Of a stretch of 59,932 nucleotides of DNA, positions 8,862 to 19,315 are shown in pieces. The position numbers and the translations under genes are program-made. Each line of letters begins with the position of its first letter. Position 1 is the first letter of the stretch. The stretch is from a virus (taxonomy: Duplodnaviria > Caudoviricetes), in the IMG/VR virus record IMGVR_UViG_3300047282_000479, positions 1-59,932 of that record; one strand, 5' to 3'. The notes below the pieces were generated by a model that was given only the letters and a program-made list of their open reading frames with translations, ran no database searches and was not told the origin of the DNA.

Positions 8862-11427
8862 AGCTGTTGTGTCGTGTTAGCCATAAAAACTTAAGGTGAT
8901 CTTCTGTTTCAAAGATTTCCATTCTATTACCAATAACTATTGTACCAGTACCGGCGATATAGGGAACGTTACCAGCCCCATGTATAGTTAATGTATCAAT
9001 ATCAAGATAATACATACGTAAAGTTGCTTCTTTTGTAAAATATAACCTATTGCCTCCATCATAAGCATACATACTGCCAATACCCAAAGTTTCTATAAAA
9101 GGCACAGTAGCAAGCATATTCCATGAGTCTGATGCTATATCATATCGGTCAAACCCAGCAACAGCACCACCTCTAGCGGCAATCATATATCTACCTTTAG
9201 TATTTGCATTATCATTATTATAAATCCAATTTAGTTCTATTCCAGCACCCCTTATGCCTTGTGCCATAATAGAATATGATGTATTTGCAGTTACTGGAGC
9301 TGTTGTAACTACTGCTGTAAATGTAAGAGTATTACTTGTGTTAGATGCAATAATTGCTTCCTGAGAAACTCCGGTTCCACCAACAAGCTTTACTCTACGT
9401 CCAGCATAAATATTAGTTACCCAGCTTTTTGATGTATCTTGTAAAGTTGATGTTGATTGACTTCCTGTTGCTATACCTCTATCTAAATCGCCAAAAGTTC
9501 CATCTTTACAGATTACATATCTAGTTACACCATTAGTTGGAGCTGTTCCAGTTGCTACTATGGTTAGCGTATTACTTGTATTAGAAGCTATTCTAAATAT
9601 TTGACCAGTAGCGGATATTGCTTGATTTGTATTCATATATACAACATATCCAGCCCACTGATTTGTAGTCCAGTTTTTGGTTGAATCTACCAATACTGTT
9701 GTACTATTAGCAGTAAATACTGCATTAGCACTTGGTGTACCACTCATTGTATAAGTATATGTAGTCGCCCCAGTTACAGTAATAGAAGCTGATATATTAT
9801 ATAATGAAGCATCAACACCAGTAGCTCCAGTATGAACTATTGTCATGCCAGTTTTAAAATTATGATTTTGGGCGGTTGTTACGGTTGCTGTAGTGCCAGA
9901 TCGTGTAGTTGTTGCTATTGCTAATGCCGGATGATCCGAATATCTTGCTGCGCCTATGCGACAACTGCCACCATCATATCTTTTATTTAAAGACATCATA
10001 TCGTTTTCAATATTATAACAAAATAGTGGAGTTTGCGCTGCTGCTAAAAAGAATAATTTATCATTATCTCCTTGTATGCGATATGTTGATGTACTGTCTG
10101 GATTAGTATCAAATGGTGGTGTTACTGTAATAGCTGTGTCTGTATTACTAACAATAGATCTACCTTGACCGATACCAGTACCGCCAGTAATCACTAAATA
10201 ATAATTAGCCCATCTATTAGTTGTCCATGCTTTGCTACTATCTGTTAGTGTTGTAGCAGTTCCGCTAGAAGAAGTTCCAGACTCAAATCCTTCAATCATA
10301 TATTTTGATGAAGTTGTTGGTGCTGTTCCAGCACTAGACCAAGAAAGAGTATTGCTAGTGTTACCAGTAATTGGTCGTAGTTGTCCTTCTCCAGTGCCGC
10401 TGAAAATTCTTACATAATAACCAACAAATTCGTCTGTTGTCCACTGTTTTGTGCTATCAACAAGTGATGTTGTTGTTCCTCCAGTAGCAGTACCCTTATC
10501 CCACACGGTACTGTTTTCTGTTTGTCTTTCTAGTGTTAGATCGGTTGGTGTTGTTCCGCTCAATATGTTACTAATTGTACTTCTATAATACCAAGTATCT
10601 GTAACAATATCGTAATATGATATGGCAAAATTAGTAAAATGAAATACGCCACCAGACTGAACTACAAATCTTGATGTTGCATCTGGTTGAACTGCCCAGT
10701 TTGTATCAACTGTAATAGTACCAGATTCAATAGAATAAACCGCTTGTGATCCTGCCGTTGCTACTATTGATGTAGCCATTGGTGCCATAGCGTCTATAGT
10801 ATTTTGTGCTAACTGATTGATATCTCCAAATGTTATAGATGTAGCATCATTGTAAAGAATTTTACGAATTTGACTAACACCAGTATTAAATGTTATTCTA
10901 ACTTGATAACCGACCCACTGATTCACTGTCCAATTTTTTGTGGAATCTGTTATTCTAAGTAAAGATGTAGTCGAGGTTACAGCCGTTGCTATACCGCTAT
11001 CTGCCGCTACTGGTTCACCTACGCCAGTAATAGTACGTTGTTGCCCCATACCTGTTCCACCGATGATCTTAATATCGAAACCCTTTAAGCATTCACCAGT
11101 ATGGGTTGATGTAGTAATTGTATTTGAACTGGCTGAAATAACTCTACCATAATAACCAATAGCACCAGCAAATCTCATTGAACTACCAACACCTATTGTA
11201 GCAACAGGATTTGCTAATCTTTGATACATATCAGTAACTGTATCATATCTCCAAAAACCGTTAGTGGCGTCAAGCATATAATAGATATATCTACCATGAT
11301 TAGGATGATATAAACTATTATCTGATGAGCAAGAACATGTGCTTGCTGATGCAACGGCAGGGGCAAATCTAAGCCATTCCCATACTGGTAAATCGACTTG
11401 GTTTTTTAAGGTGTTGGTAAGAGCCAT
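8830..11427 (-). CDS. Virion structural protein with Kelch-like blades and five D(S/T)xKxWxxN repeat domains
   Basis: Thr/Gly-rich; blades like FWRYDTVTD, YYDIVTDTW, DRYDIASDSW; repeats DSTKNWTVNQW, DSTKQWTTDEF, DSSKAWTTNRW, DSTKNWTTNQW, DTSKSWVTNIY. Confidence 0.7.
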   Translation of the reverse strand: MALTNTLKNQVDLPVWEWLRFAPAVASASTCSCSSDNSLYHPNHGRYIYYMLDATNGFWRYDTVTDMYQRLANPVATIGVGSSMRFAGAIGYYGRVISASSNTITTSTHTGECLKGFDIKIIGGTGMGQQRTITGVGEPVAADSGIATAVTSTTSLLRITDSTKNWTVNQWVGYQVRITFNTGVSQIRKILYNDATSITFGDINQLAQNTIDAMAPMATSIVATAGSQAVYSIESGTITVDTNWAVQPDATSRFVVQSGGVFHFTNFAISYYDIVTDTWYYRSTISNILSGTTPTDLTLERQTENSTVWDKGTATGGTTTSLVDSTKQWTTDEFVGYYVRIFSGTGEGQLRPITGNTSNTLSWSSAGTAPTTSSKYMIEGFESGTSSSGTATTLTDSSKAWTTNRWANYYLVITGGTGIGQGRSIVSNTDTAITVTPPFDTNPDSTSTYRIQGDNDKLFFLAAAQTPLFCYNIENDMMSLNKRYDGGSCRIGAARYSDHPALAIATTTRSGTTATVTTAQNHNFKTGMTIVHTGATGVDASLYNISASITVTGATTYTYTMSGTPSANAVFTANSTTVLVDSTKNWTTNQWAGYVVYMNTNQAISATGQIFRIASNTSNTLTIVATGTAPTNGVTRYVICKDGTFGDLDRGIATGSQSTSTLQDTSKSWVTNIYAGRRVKLVGGTGVSQEAIIASNTSNTLTFTAVVTTAPVTANTSYSIMAQGIRGAGIELNWIYNNDNANTKGRYMIAARGGAVAGFDRYDIASDSWNMLATVPFIETLGIGSMYAYDGGNRLYFTKEATLRMYYLDIDTLTIHGAGNVPYIAGTGTIVIGNRMEIFETEDHLKFLWLTRHNSFEGFRILLFF

Positions 11428-11447
11428 AGTTTATAATTCCTATATTA

Positions 11448-11774
11448 TTATGAAAAATTAAGATTATTTCGTATACAGTTAGCAAATGCTGTGCGCGACA
11501 TATCAATAAATTGTCGATGATCCATACTTGCTAGAGTTGTAATATTACTAACGGTAGTGATTGTACCAGCTGTAATAGAATCAACAACTACTAACTGTCT
11601 TTGTCCGGTCGTAACCGTTGCATTACTTTCTAGTAATTTTGCAATACGTCTTAATATAATAAGAGATTCATCGGTTGCAAGGGTATTGTCAGCTAATTGA
11701 TCACTACTAATAGTAACTGGGGCGCTATTTTCGTTTGTACTTTGGCCATTTGAATTTTGGGGAAAATATGTCAT
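11448..11774 (-). CDS. Hypothetical virion protein
   Basis: 108 aa, AGGAG RBS, AGTGTA motif upstream. Confidence 0.65.
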   Translation of the reverse strand: MTYFPQNSNGQSTNENSAPVTISSDQLADNTLATDESLIILRRIAKLLESNATVTTGQRQLVVVDSITAGTITTVSNITTLASMDHRQFIDMSRTAFANCIRNNLNFS

Positions 11775-11814
11775 TTCTTCACTACTCCTAGGTTATATAG
11801 TATAATATACACTT

Positions 11815-14307
11815 TTACACAATAATCCAATTGGATCCATCACTAACTACTGTGATACTCATATATTTTTTATTTAGGCCAATATCAGAATATCCATCAA
11901 TAGTTTGTCCTAATACTGTTTGCATATATATAGTTCCATTAGTATTATTTTTTAATGTAAATGTACCCTTATTATCAATTGCTGTTGGTAAGATTAGAGC
12001 ATAGTTTTCAGATATAGTATTAAATATGTATATATATTCTCTGGATAAGGTTCCCGTTGCCGAAACATCACTATTTGTAGAATGTAATGTGATTGATTTT
12101 TCTAAACTTACTGGTATTTGATTTACTAATAAATTATCGCTAAAATTACCAGAGCCGACTACATCTAATGTATAATTAGGATATGCTATTCCTATACCAA
12201 TATTACCATTTGCTCGTGATATATTGAATGTATCATCGTGCCAAGTAACACCATCAAATCTGCTTATAAAATAACTATCAGTCCAAGGACTGTAGCCTGC
12301 TGCGACTCTTAGTTGTCCGTTTTGTAAGTGGGTTATACTTGATGGATATCCGCTACCAGGAGCAGTAGAATCTAAAAACATATCAGGATCACTACCAACA
12401 ATTTTAAACGCTCCAACATCATCATTTTGATTAGGAATATTTAATACAAATGGACATACTGTTGAATTGGTATTAGTCAGCTCAAAGATACCAGAAACAT
12501 TAATATTACTAAAGCTTCCACTAGTAGCACTTAATAAGCCACTATTTATAGTTAATCCATTGGTAAAAGTATGATTAGCGCTTATTGTACGAGCTTCGTT
12601 AATATGTACATACTGATAGTGATCATCGTCGCCCAATCCGAATAAATTACCATGATCATTCTGACTGATACCATAGGTGCTTGTAATAATACTTTTGCGT
12701 AAGTCTAATATGCTTTGTAAACTACTCTTAGGAGTATTAGCGAATGTATCATTAGTAACAAAGATTAATCTATATAGTGGCCGTATTTCATTAGTAGGAA
12801 TATTAGTAAGATTAATATCACTCCAAATATTATTATTTTCAGCAGAACCTAAGCTACTATCTTCTCGTTGACCCATAATTGCTAAGATAGGATCATTTAT
12901 ATCATTAGTAGCCACAATCCACATAGCAAAGTATCTGTTATTAGGAACATTAGGAGTTGTCCATGTTCCACCATAGTATAAATTATACAATGCTCTAGTA
13001 CCGTTGTATTTTAAAGGATATGGTGTTGAAACGTTTCTTACCCATTGTCCAGTAGTTCCAAGATGGTAATAAACAGGAATGTAGGCTATTGGACTTAATT
13101 GTTGAGTAAATTCAACTCCATTATTTCCATCAGCAATATTAATAACAATATCTTCTTGATAGAGAGTACCATCACTAATATCAATTTGAGCATGACTATT
13201 TGAACTACCGTCACCAAATAAAGTATATCCACCAATACTTAATCCATTAATATATTGCATACCAAAAGTGTTGTGGATCCACTTGTGGGTCGTACTATCC
13301 ATTCGTATACCATGACGTTCTTCACCAAAGAATGTGCTTTGGTTAATATCACTATTCCAATGAATAAAAGCTATCGGCACATCAGTATCAAAATTAAATC
13401 CTGTTGTTTTATTATCTAATAATCCAGTATCAGTATTAAAATGTAAATAGTTAAGTGCTGTTCCAGTTGGAATAACTATGCTTTCACTGGTTGTTTTAGT
13501 AACTTTAACTCCCTCGATATAAACGTCATAGCTACTTCCACTAGGGGCGATAGTAAATGTTCTTGTCGAGTCATTAAAACTAATAACACTATCAAGTCTA
13601 TTTACAAATCCCTGTGGCTCTAAACTAAGTTCATTTATTTCGGTGTGAAGATTATCCAATCTTAGAGTATTAGCTGGATCATCATATGTTAATTTAACTC
13701 CAGTACCAGCGACCAAAAATCCACTACCCAAGTTATCTTGAATAGCTTCTAAAATTACACCACTAATATTAGCGCTAATAGTATAAGCACCACTAGATGA
13801 TGATACAGAAATACCGCTACCAGCTAATATATCTTTAACTGGTATTAGTCCACTAACACTACTATTAAAATCTTCTATTTGGTATATTTTAATCTGGCTT
13901 TCTGTAGCATCTATTGCTTCAACCAGACTATTAATATTTAGTTGAGCCAAAAATTTTGCAGCTGTTGAGGCTTTTGATAGCGTCGTATTATTTGAATCGT
14001 CTTCTTCTATTAAGATATCGTTTCCAGTATGGTTATGTCCACTAATACTCACGCCAGTTCCATTAACATTGAGATTATTAAAATTCCCAGAAGAATTGAC
14101 AATTATAGCTCCACTAATAGTGGGATAATTTATTATAGTACCGCTATTACTAATAATCGCATAATTCAACTCATTCCATGAATTAATTCCATTGCCAAAT
14201 TTAATTCTATTGGTATCAATTTCTAGGCATAGTTCTCCAGAACCCAAGATTGGATTGATAGAAGATAAATCTTGTGATGTTCCTCTTTTATTATAAATGG
14301 TTGGCAT
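11815..14307 (-). CDS. Tail fibre protein with Mtd_N/hyaluronidase-like N-terminal anchor
   Basis: KRGTS..LSSINPILGSGELCLEIDTNRIKFGNGINSWNEL; GNIGIG and fibre-tip motifs. Confidence 0.75.
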   Translation of the reverse strand: MPTIYNKRGTSQDLSSINPILGSGELCLEIDTNRIKFGNGINSWNELNYAIISNSGTIINYPTISGAIIVNSSGNFNNLNVNGTGVSISGHNHTGNDILIEEDDSNNTTLSKASTAAKFLAQLNINSLVEAIDATESQIKIYQIEDFNSSVSGLIPVKDILAGSGISVSSSSGAYTISANISGVILEAIQDNLGSGFLVAGTGVKLTYDDPANTLRLDNLHTEINELSLEPQGFVNRLDSVISFNDSTRTFTIAPSGSSYDVYIEGVKVTKTTSESIVIPTGTALNYLHFNTDTGLLDNKTTGFNFDTDVPIAFIHWNSDINQSTFFGEERHGIRMDSTTHKWIHNTFGMQYINGLSIGGYTLFGDGSSNSHAQIDISDGTLYQEDIVINIADGNNGVEFTQQLSPIAYIPVYYHLGTTGQWVRNVSTPYPLKYNGTRALYNLYYGGTWTTPNVPNNRYFAMWIVATNDINDPILAIMGQREDSSLGSAENNNIWSDINLTNIPTNEIRPLYRLIFVTNDTFANTPKSSLQSILDLRKSIITSTYGISQNDHGNLFGLGDDDHYQYVHINEARTISANHTFTNGLTINSGLLSATSGSFSNINVSGIFELTNTNSTVCPFVLNIPNQNDDVGAFKIVGSDPDMFLDSTAPGSGYPSSITHLQNGQLRVAAGYSPWTDSYFISRFDGVTWHDDTFNISRANGNIGIGIAYPNYTLDVVGSGNFSDNLLVNQIPVSLEKSITLHSTNSDVSATGTLSREYIYIFNTISENYALILPTAIDNKGTFTLKNNTNGTIYMQTVLGQTIDGYSDIGLNKKYMSITVVSDGSNWIIV

Positions 14308-14309
14308 TA

Positions 14310-17300
14310 TTAACTATCCTCAAATTGTGTTGTTGGAATAATAAAATTACCAGTATATCTTGCTTGGCCAACAGTAACTCTAAAATCATCTATATAAAAG
14401 TTTTTATCTTTATACCAAGTAGAGCCTCCTCCAATAATCACAGGAACTGAACCCATATTATTATTGCGGCCCCATAGATTAGAAGTTACTGTTAAAGTTG
14501 CTATACCATCACAATAAATAGTAATATCAGTATTATATCTTCTTACCAAAGCTATATGATGCCAAGTATTAGCTAAAAGAGTAGTTAATCCAGAAGTATT
14601 ATCGGCTTCTCCTACTGTTAGGACTAATTTATCACTAAGAGAACTAATATATAGATTATCTGTGCTCCATCCAAATAAAGCTCTATTTAATCCTGTTAAT
14701 AGATTAAAATAAAACCATCCTTCTATAACATAGTCCTGTATACCTACTGTTATATTATCTGATGTTAAATAATGATCACCGATTGTAGATCCAAGATAAA
14801 GGGAAGATCCACCAAACTTAGATTGTGAAGTAGAAATGACCGCATTAGATCCTGTTCTAATTAAATTTCTATTAAAAGAACTACTATCTATAAAATTTAT
14901 ACTATTATTACTATCATTAAAATGAGTTAATAAATTTACTTGAGAAAAATAAGGATCTGTTATGGGTGCTGATAATAAACCACAGTCTATAATAATTTCA
15001 CTATTAAGATGTTGTGTATTTATAACATTATTATTTAATAACCAAGTTGTACCGCTATTACTAACACTAATATCTCCTCTATTACCACTGATATTGCTAA
15101 TTTCATTTAGAATATGAGTATGTCCAGAGTAACTCACTCCAGTAGTAGCTATTGTTAATGTATCATTTAATGTGTCTTCTACAAGAGATATACCCGTGCC
15201 AGCTACTAATAATGTTGATACAACGCTATATACTCCGCTAGCCCAGTTTGTAATATCAGTATAAACATGATTATGACCAACCAGACTATAATTGCCACTA
15301 GGTTGTAAACCAGTAGTTGATACTGTTAAAGTATTTGCTAGATCATTATAGTTTAAATTAATATAGCTTCCAGCCACTAGTAAATTACTAACTCTATCGT
15401 CAACTTCTTCACTAGTAAGACCAAAAGTGCCAGTTACGCTAACTGTAAAATTACCGCTACTATTTGATATTCCTATGCCACTGCCAGCTAATATATTTTT
15501 AACTGGTATTAGTCCACTGACAGATAAATTAAAGTCTGTAACAGTAGATGATAGAATGCCTCCTTGATCAGCAATCGCATTATTAATACCATCGTCTTGA
15601 ATCTGGATTAAAAACAAGGCGGCCGCGTCCTCTATGGTGGCATCAGGTTGTCCCAAATACCTAAGTCTAATATTATTTCCAGAAATTTCATTAGTTGTTG
15701 TTATCAATCCATTATTAGTAGTAACTAATATATTCCCACTAATTGAGCCTATAGTACCACTACTACTAATATTACCATGACTGTGGACACTATTAGCATA
15801 ATTACCACTAGGTTGTAAACCAGTAGTTGATATGGTTAGTGTGTTTGCTAGGTCGTTGTAGTTTAAATTAATATAATTCCCAGCAACCAATAAATTACTA
15901 ATTCTATCATCAACTTCTTCGCTCGTTAATCCAAAAGTTCCTGTCACACTCACTGTATAGTCACCACTACTATTTGACACTCCTATTCCACTACCAGCAC
16001 TAATGTTTTTAACCGGTAGTAAACCACTCACTGAACTATTAAAATTAGTAATATCTGATGATGTATGAGTATGGCCGCTCATACTAACGGCAATATCATT
16101 TACAAATAATGGAGAATATACTTGAAATTGAGTAGTGTCTGCAAATAATAATCCACTACCATTCAGCTCAACACTCATACTTGATTCATTGAATATATTT
16201 AATAATGGATTGTTTATATTACCATCCCATATACTTATAGATCCTTGAGCATTTATAAATCCTCCAGAAGTTGCTGCTATTGGCTTTATAACATTTAGAG
16301 TATAACCATCAAATATTAAATTGCTTTCAGCATTAATTTCAGTGCTTGAATCTGTACTAGTTAATATTCTATTATTGGCGCTATTTGATATTGTTGGATA
16401 TGGTATATTTGGTATATCTCTGCCGTCTATGTTGAGCCTATAACCAGGACCAACATCTGTCCAATACAAAGTATTAGTAACTGGAATGCTTTCATTGTCA
16501 TAATTAGCTTTATACAATCTGCCACTTTCATATACTAAATCATTGACTAAATATCTGGTTCCATCAACTAAAGTGTGGTTAGTTGTCCAAGGAACAGCAG
16601 CATCATATGAGTTCGGCAATAATCCACTTACGGCGGAATCGAAGTCTGAAATATAATTAGAACTTATTTCAGAACTTGTGATTAATATTCCATTTTCTCC
16701 TGTTGTTACCAATAATCCACTAGCAGATCCAATAGTTCCGCTTGAGCTAATATTACCGTGGATATGGTTTATCCATGGTCCAATTAATACATACTTTGAA
16801 GAATCAAATATCGCGCCAGAATTATGTGTTTCACTAGTAGCGTATACTTTTCCATCATATATAACAAAGTCAACTATAGTAGCTGATCTAACATAAGAAG
16901 TATTAGGTTCCCATATCTTCGGAGGATAGTTGACAAAACTTATAAAGTTATACCATAGTTCTAAAGTTTCTTGTGCGTCTACAATATCATCATTTAATTG
17001 AAACAAAAAATCTGCAGCTGTATTTATTAATGTTGATGTATTATTATCACTAGTAATTAATATTTGAGACCCATCTATTTGTGCAACAGGTACTATGAGT
17101 CCGTTGGATGTAGTAACTAATATATTCCCACTAATTGAACCTATAGTGCCAGAACTAGTAATATTACCATGACTGTGGACACTATTGGCATACTCGCCGC
17201 TAGGTTGTAATCCCGTTACAGAAATTGTGAGCGAATCTAAACTATCATTATAGTCCAAATCAATATAATTTCCAGCCACTAATAAACTGCTAACTCTATC

Positions 17301-17888
17301 GTCAACCTGCTCACTAGTTAAACCAAAAGTACCAGTTACACTAACTGTAAAATCACCAGAAGAAGATACTATACCAATACCACTACCAGCACTGATATTT
17401 TTAACAGGTAGTAGTCCACTAACGCTACTGTTGAAATTTGTAATATCAGATGATATATGGTTATGTCCAACTAGGCTATAATTACCACTTGGCTGCAATC
17501 CAGTAGCAGAAATAGTGGTGTATCCTGTGCTATCATTATAGTTAATAGTAATATAATTACCATCTAATAGGCCACTATTACCGATAATATCTTGTACAGC
17601 TTCTAATAGGTCTACTATGCCAGTAGCAGCAATAGTAGGATTAGATAGGGTAATAGTATATATACCACTGCTACTTTCAACTAGAATTCCACTTCCCGAC
17701 AATATATCTTTGACAGTAATTAAATCGCTTAACTCAGAAGGTAATAATGTAACACAATGATTAATTTCTACTGTTGATATATTGTCATATGTCACTATAT
17801 CTATAGACGAAGGCTGATCACCAATACAAGTTTCAATTTCTATGGTGTTAATATTTGGATCTAAAATTTTAACATCAAAACAACTCAT
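14310..17888 (-). CDS. Long fibre protein with triplicated block, CBM5/12-like modules and C-terminal LamG/concanavalin-like domain
   Basis: Three copies of FNxSVSGLxPVKNIxAGSGIG...TFGLTSExVDDR...GLQPSG; WEPNTSY..VIYDGKVY; SKFGGSSLY...WHHIALVR...YIDDFRVT...ARYTGNF. Confidence 0.8.
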   Translation of the reverse strand: MSCFDVKILDPNINTIEIETCIGDQPSSIDIVTYDNISTVEINHCVTLLPSELSDLITVKDILSGSGILVESSSGIYTITLSNPTIAATGIVDLLEAVQDIIGNSGLLDGNYITINYNDSTGYTTISATGLQPSGNYSLVGHNHISSDITNFNSSVSGLLPVKNISAGSGIGIVSSSGDFTVSVTGTFGLTSEQVDDRVSSLLVAGNYIDLDYNDSLDSLTISVTGLQPSGEYANSVHSHGNITSSGTIGSISGNILVTTSNGLIVPVAQIDGSQILITSDNNTSTLINTAADFLFQLNDDIVDAQETLELWYNFISFVNYPPKIWEPNTSYVRSATIVDFVIYDGKVYATSETHNSGAIFDSSKYVLIGPWINHIHGNISSSGTIGSASGLLVTTGENGILITSSEISSNYISDFDSAVSGLLPNSYDAAVPWTTNHTLVDGTRYLVNDLVYESGRLYKANYDNESIPVTNTLYWTDVGPGYRLNIDGRDIPNIPYPTISNSANNRILTSTDSSTEINAESNLIFDGYTLNVIKPIAATSGGFINAQGSISIWDGNINNPLLNIFNESSMSVELNGSGLLFADTTQFQVYSPLFVNDIAVSMSGHTHTSSDITNFNSSVSGLLPVKNISAGSGIGVSNSSGDYTVSVTGTFGLTSEEVDDRISNLLVAGNYINLNYNDLANTLTISTTGLQPSGNYANSVHSHGNISSSGTIGSISGNILVTTNNGLITTTNEISGNNIRLRYLGQPDATIEDAAALFLIQIQDDGINNAIADQGGILSSTVTDFNLSVSGLIPVKNILAGSGIGISNSSGNFTVSVTGTFGLTSEEVDDRVSNLLVAGSYINLNYNDLANTLTVSTTGLQPSGNYSLVGHNHVYTDITNWASGVYSVVSTLLVAGTGISLVEDTLNDTLTIATTGVSYSGHTHILNEISNISGNRGDISVSNSGTTWLLNNNVINTQHLNSEIIIDCGLLSAPITDPYFSQVNLLTHFNDSNNSINFIDSSSFNRNLIRTGSNAVISTSQSKFGGSSLYLGSTIGDHYLTSDNITVGIQDYVIEGWFYFNLLTGLNRALFGWSTDNLYISSLSDKLVLTVGEADNTSGLTTLLANTWHHIALVRRYNTDITIYCDGIATLTVTSNLWGRNNNMGSVPVIIGGGSTWYKDKNFYIDDFRVTVGQARYTGNFIIPTTQFEDS

Positions 17889-18289
17889 ACTGTACAGTCT
17901 AATAATGTTGTTGATTGGCTAAATCGTTTAATAATAGATATGGTTCCATATAAAACTCGTATAGTATACTTTCCTCCACCAGCATATAGATCTTGTGGGC
18001 TTTGTAATTCTAGATCATATTTAGCACTAGTAAAAGTATAACCATTGGTAGCACTTGCTGGTATTAAAAGAGTTAGTGTTCCTTGTGCTTCATCTATAAC
18101 AAACTTATACTCACTATAATCAGCATTTAAGGTGGTAAATGTTTTATATTCACTACCACCAACTTTTAATATTAATCTAGCGCAATATCCGGTTAAATCA
18201 ATAATATTTTTATTTTCATCTTTATAGGTTAATGATAGTCTAAAAGACGAACCTTGTTCTATACTAAAATCATATTGTTTAGCGGCCAT
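17885..18289 (-). CDS. Virion Ig-like (BppU N-terminal-like) protein
   Basis: YDFSIEQGSSF...IDLTGY.ARL...AKYDLEL...VLYGTI. Confidence 0.65.
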   Translation of the reverse strand: MAAKQYDFSIEQGSSFRLSLTYKDENKNIIDLTGYCARLILKVGGSEYKTFTTLNADYSEYKFVIDEAQGTLTLLIPASATNGYTFTSAKYDLELQSPQDLYAGGGKYTIRVLYGTISIIKRFSQSTTLLDCTV

Positions 18290-18290
18290 A

Positions 18291-18611
18291 TTAGTTTCTT
18301 TCTATTCTATCCTCTAGTGCTTCTAGTGTTTTACCAAGAGTGGCTATTTGAACTTTAAGCTCATTCATGACTTCTGTGTTTCTTTGTAGTGCAGAAGCAA
18401 AAGCGGCCTGCGTTTCTTTATTTGTGGCTAATCTTTCCATAATAAATTGACGATCTTGATTATAAGGACTTTCGTTCTTTATAATCTCCACCACTTCTGC
18501 TCTAGTGACCATATTTTTACCAACAGCAACCCAAAAACCCAACATAGTTACTATAATACCAATACTGGTTGTGGCAATATTTTCCCAAAAATGAATGATG
18601 GTATCGCTCAT
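18291..18611 (-). CDS. Membrane-anchored coiled-coil protein
   Basis: N-terminal TM followed by heptad-like C-terminus. Confidence 0.65.
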   Translation of the reverse strand: MSDTIIHFWENIATTSIGIIVTMLGFWVAVGKNMVTRAEVVEIIKNESPYNQDRQFIMERLATNKETQAAFASALQRNTEVMNELKVQIATLGKTLEALEDRIERN

Positions 18612-18642
18612 ATGTTGCGCTTTCTATTATTATAGTTATTAA

Positions 18643-18685
18643 TAAAAAGAGCCAACGATACCCAAAAGCATCATTGGCTCTATTT
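18643..18685 (-). terminator. Intrinsic terminator
   Basis: Minus strand AGAGCCAATGATGC-TTTTG-GGTATCGTTGGCTCT followed by T-run. Confidence 0.75.
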
Positions 18686-18708
18686 GATCACTTTCAAATA
18701 TAATTAAA

Positions 18709-19266
18709 TTAATAGTTGGTTTTGGCCTTATAGTTATCATTAACTGGGGTTTTGCCAACTAAGTAAGTTAATTCGCCAGGAACTTCTGCTGTTGGGGTAG
18801 CAGCATCATCTTGACCAAAACTGTCGCTTTGAACTGTTGGTTTAACTTCAGCTCCAGTTTGGTTGTTGATGAACTTACCACTATAAATATCAAACTTGCC
18901 TTCTCTTACGGCTGTTGTTTGTAATAGAGTAGTAGCTCCTTCAGTCTTATTTACTTTTCTACGAAGACCGGGTTGAGCGGCACCGCTTTGAAGAGCAGTG
19001 TTGCTAACTCCTGATAGTGTTGTTGTGGATCTTTTAGCAACTGGACGAGTATTATTATAAGCATAAGTACCAGCACTATTTGCTTCATTGGTGTCAGTTC
19101 CATCAACTGGTGTTGAAGCAAAAGCTCCTAAACCATAATGTGAACCTAGATTAACTTTATCAACAATGCCAGCAGCATTTGAACCTGATTGGATCATAGC
19201 GCCACCGTTATTGCGTGTGCTTTGTGTTGTTACAGCAGAACTACCGTCAACTTGAACTGTGGCCAT
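18709..19266 (-). CDS. Probable abundant structural protein
   Basis: Own GGTGTA motif, GGAG RBS before ATG 19266, own terminator; Gly/Thr/Ala-rich. Confidence 0.65.
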   Translation of the reverse strand: MATVQVDGSSAVTTQSTRNNGGAMIQSGSNAAGIVDKVNLGSHYGLGAFASTPVDGTDTNEANSAGTYAYNNTRPVAKRSTTTLSGVSNTALQSGAAQPGLRRKVNKTEGATTLLQTTAVREGKFDIYSGKFINNQTGAEVKPTVQSDSFGQDDAATPTAEVPGELTYLVGKTPVNDNYKAKTNY

Positions 19267-19315
19267 ATTAAACTCCATAAAATAAAGGATTTGGTCTATT
19301 AGGTATTACACCAAA

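Noticed and set aside
6913-17888. Diversity-generating retroelement (Mtd_N-type fibre plus repeats)
   Set aside because: No reverse transcriptase and no non-coding template repeat with adenine-specific mismatches in the window; the repeats are in-frame protein repeats
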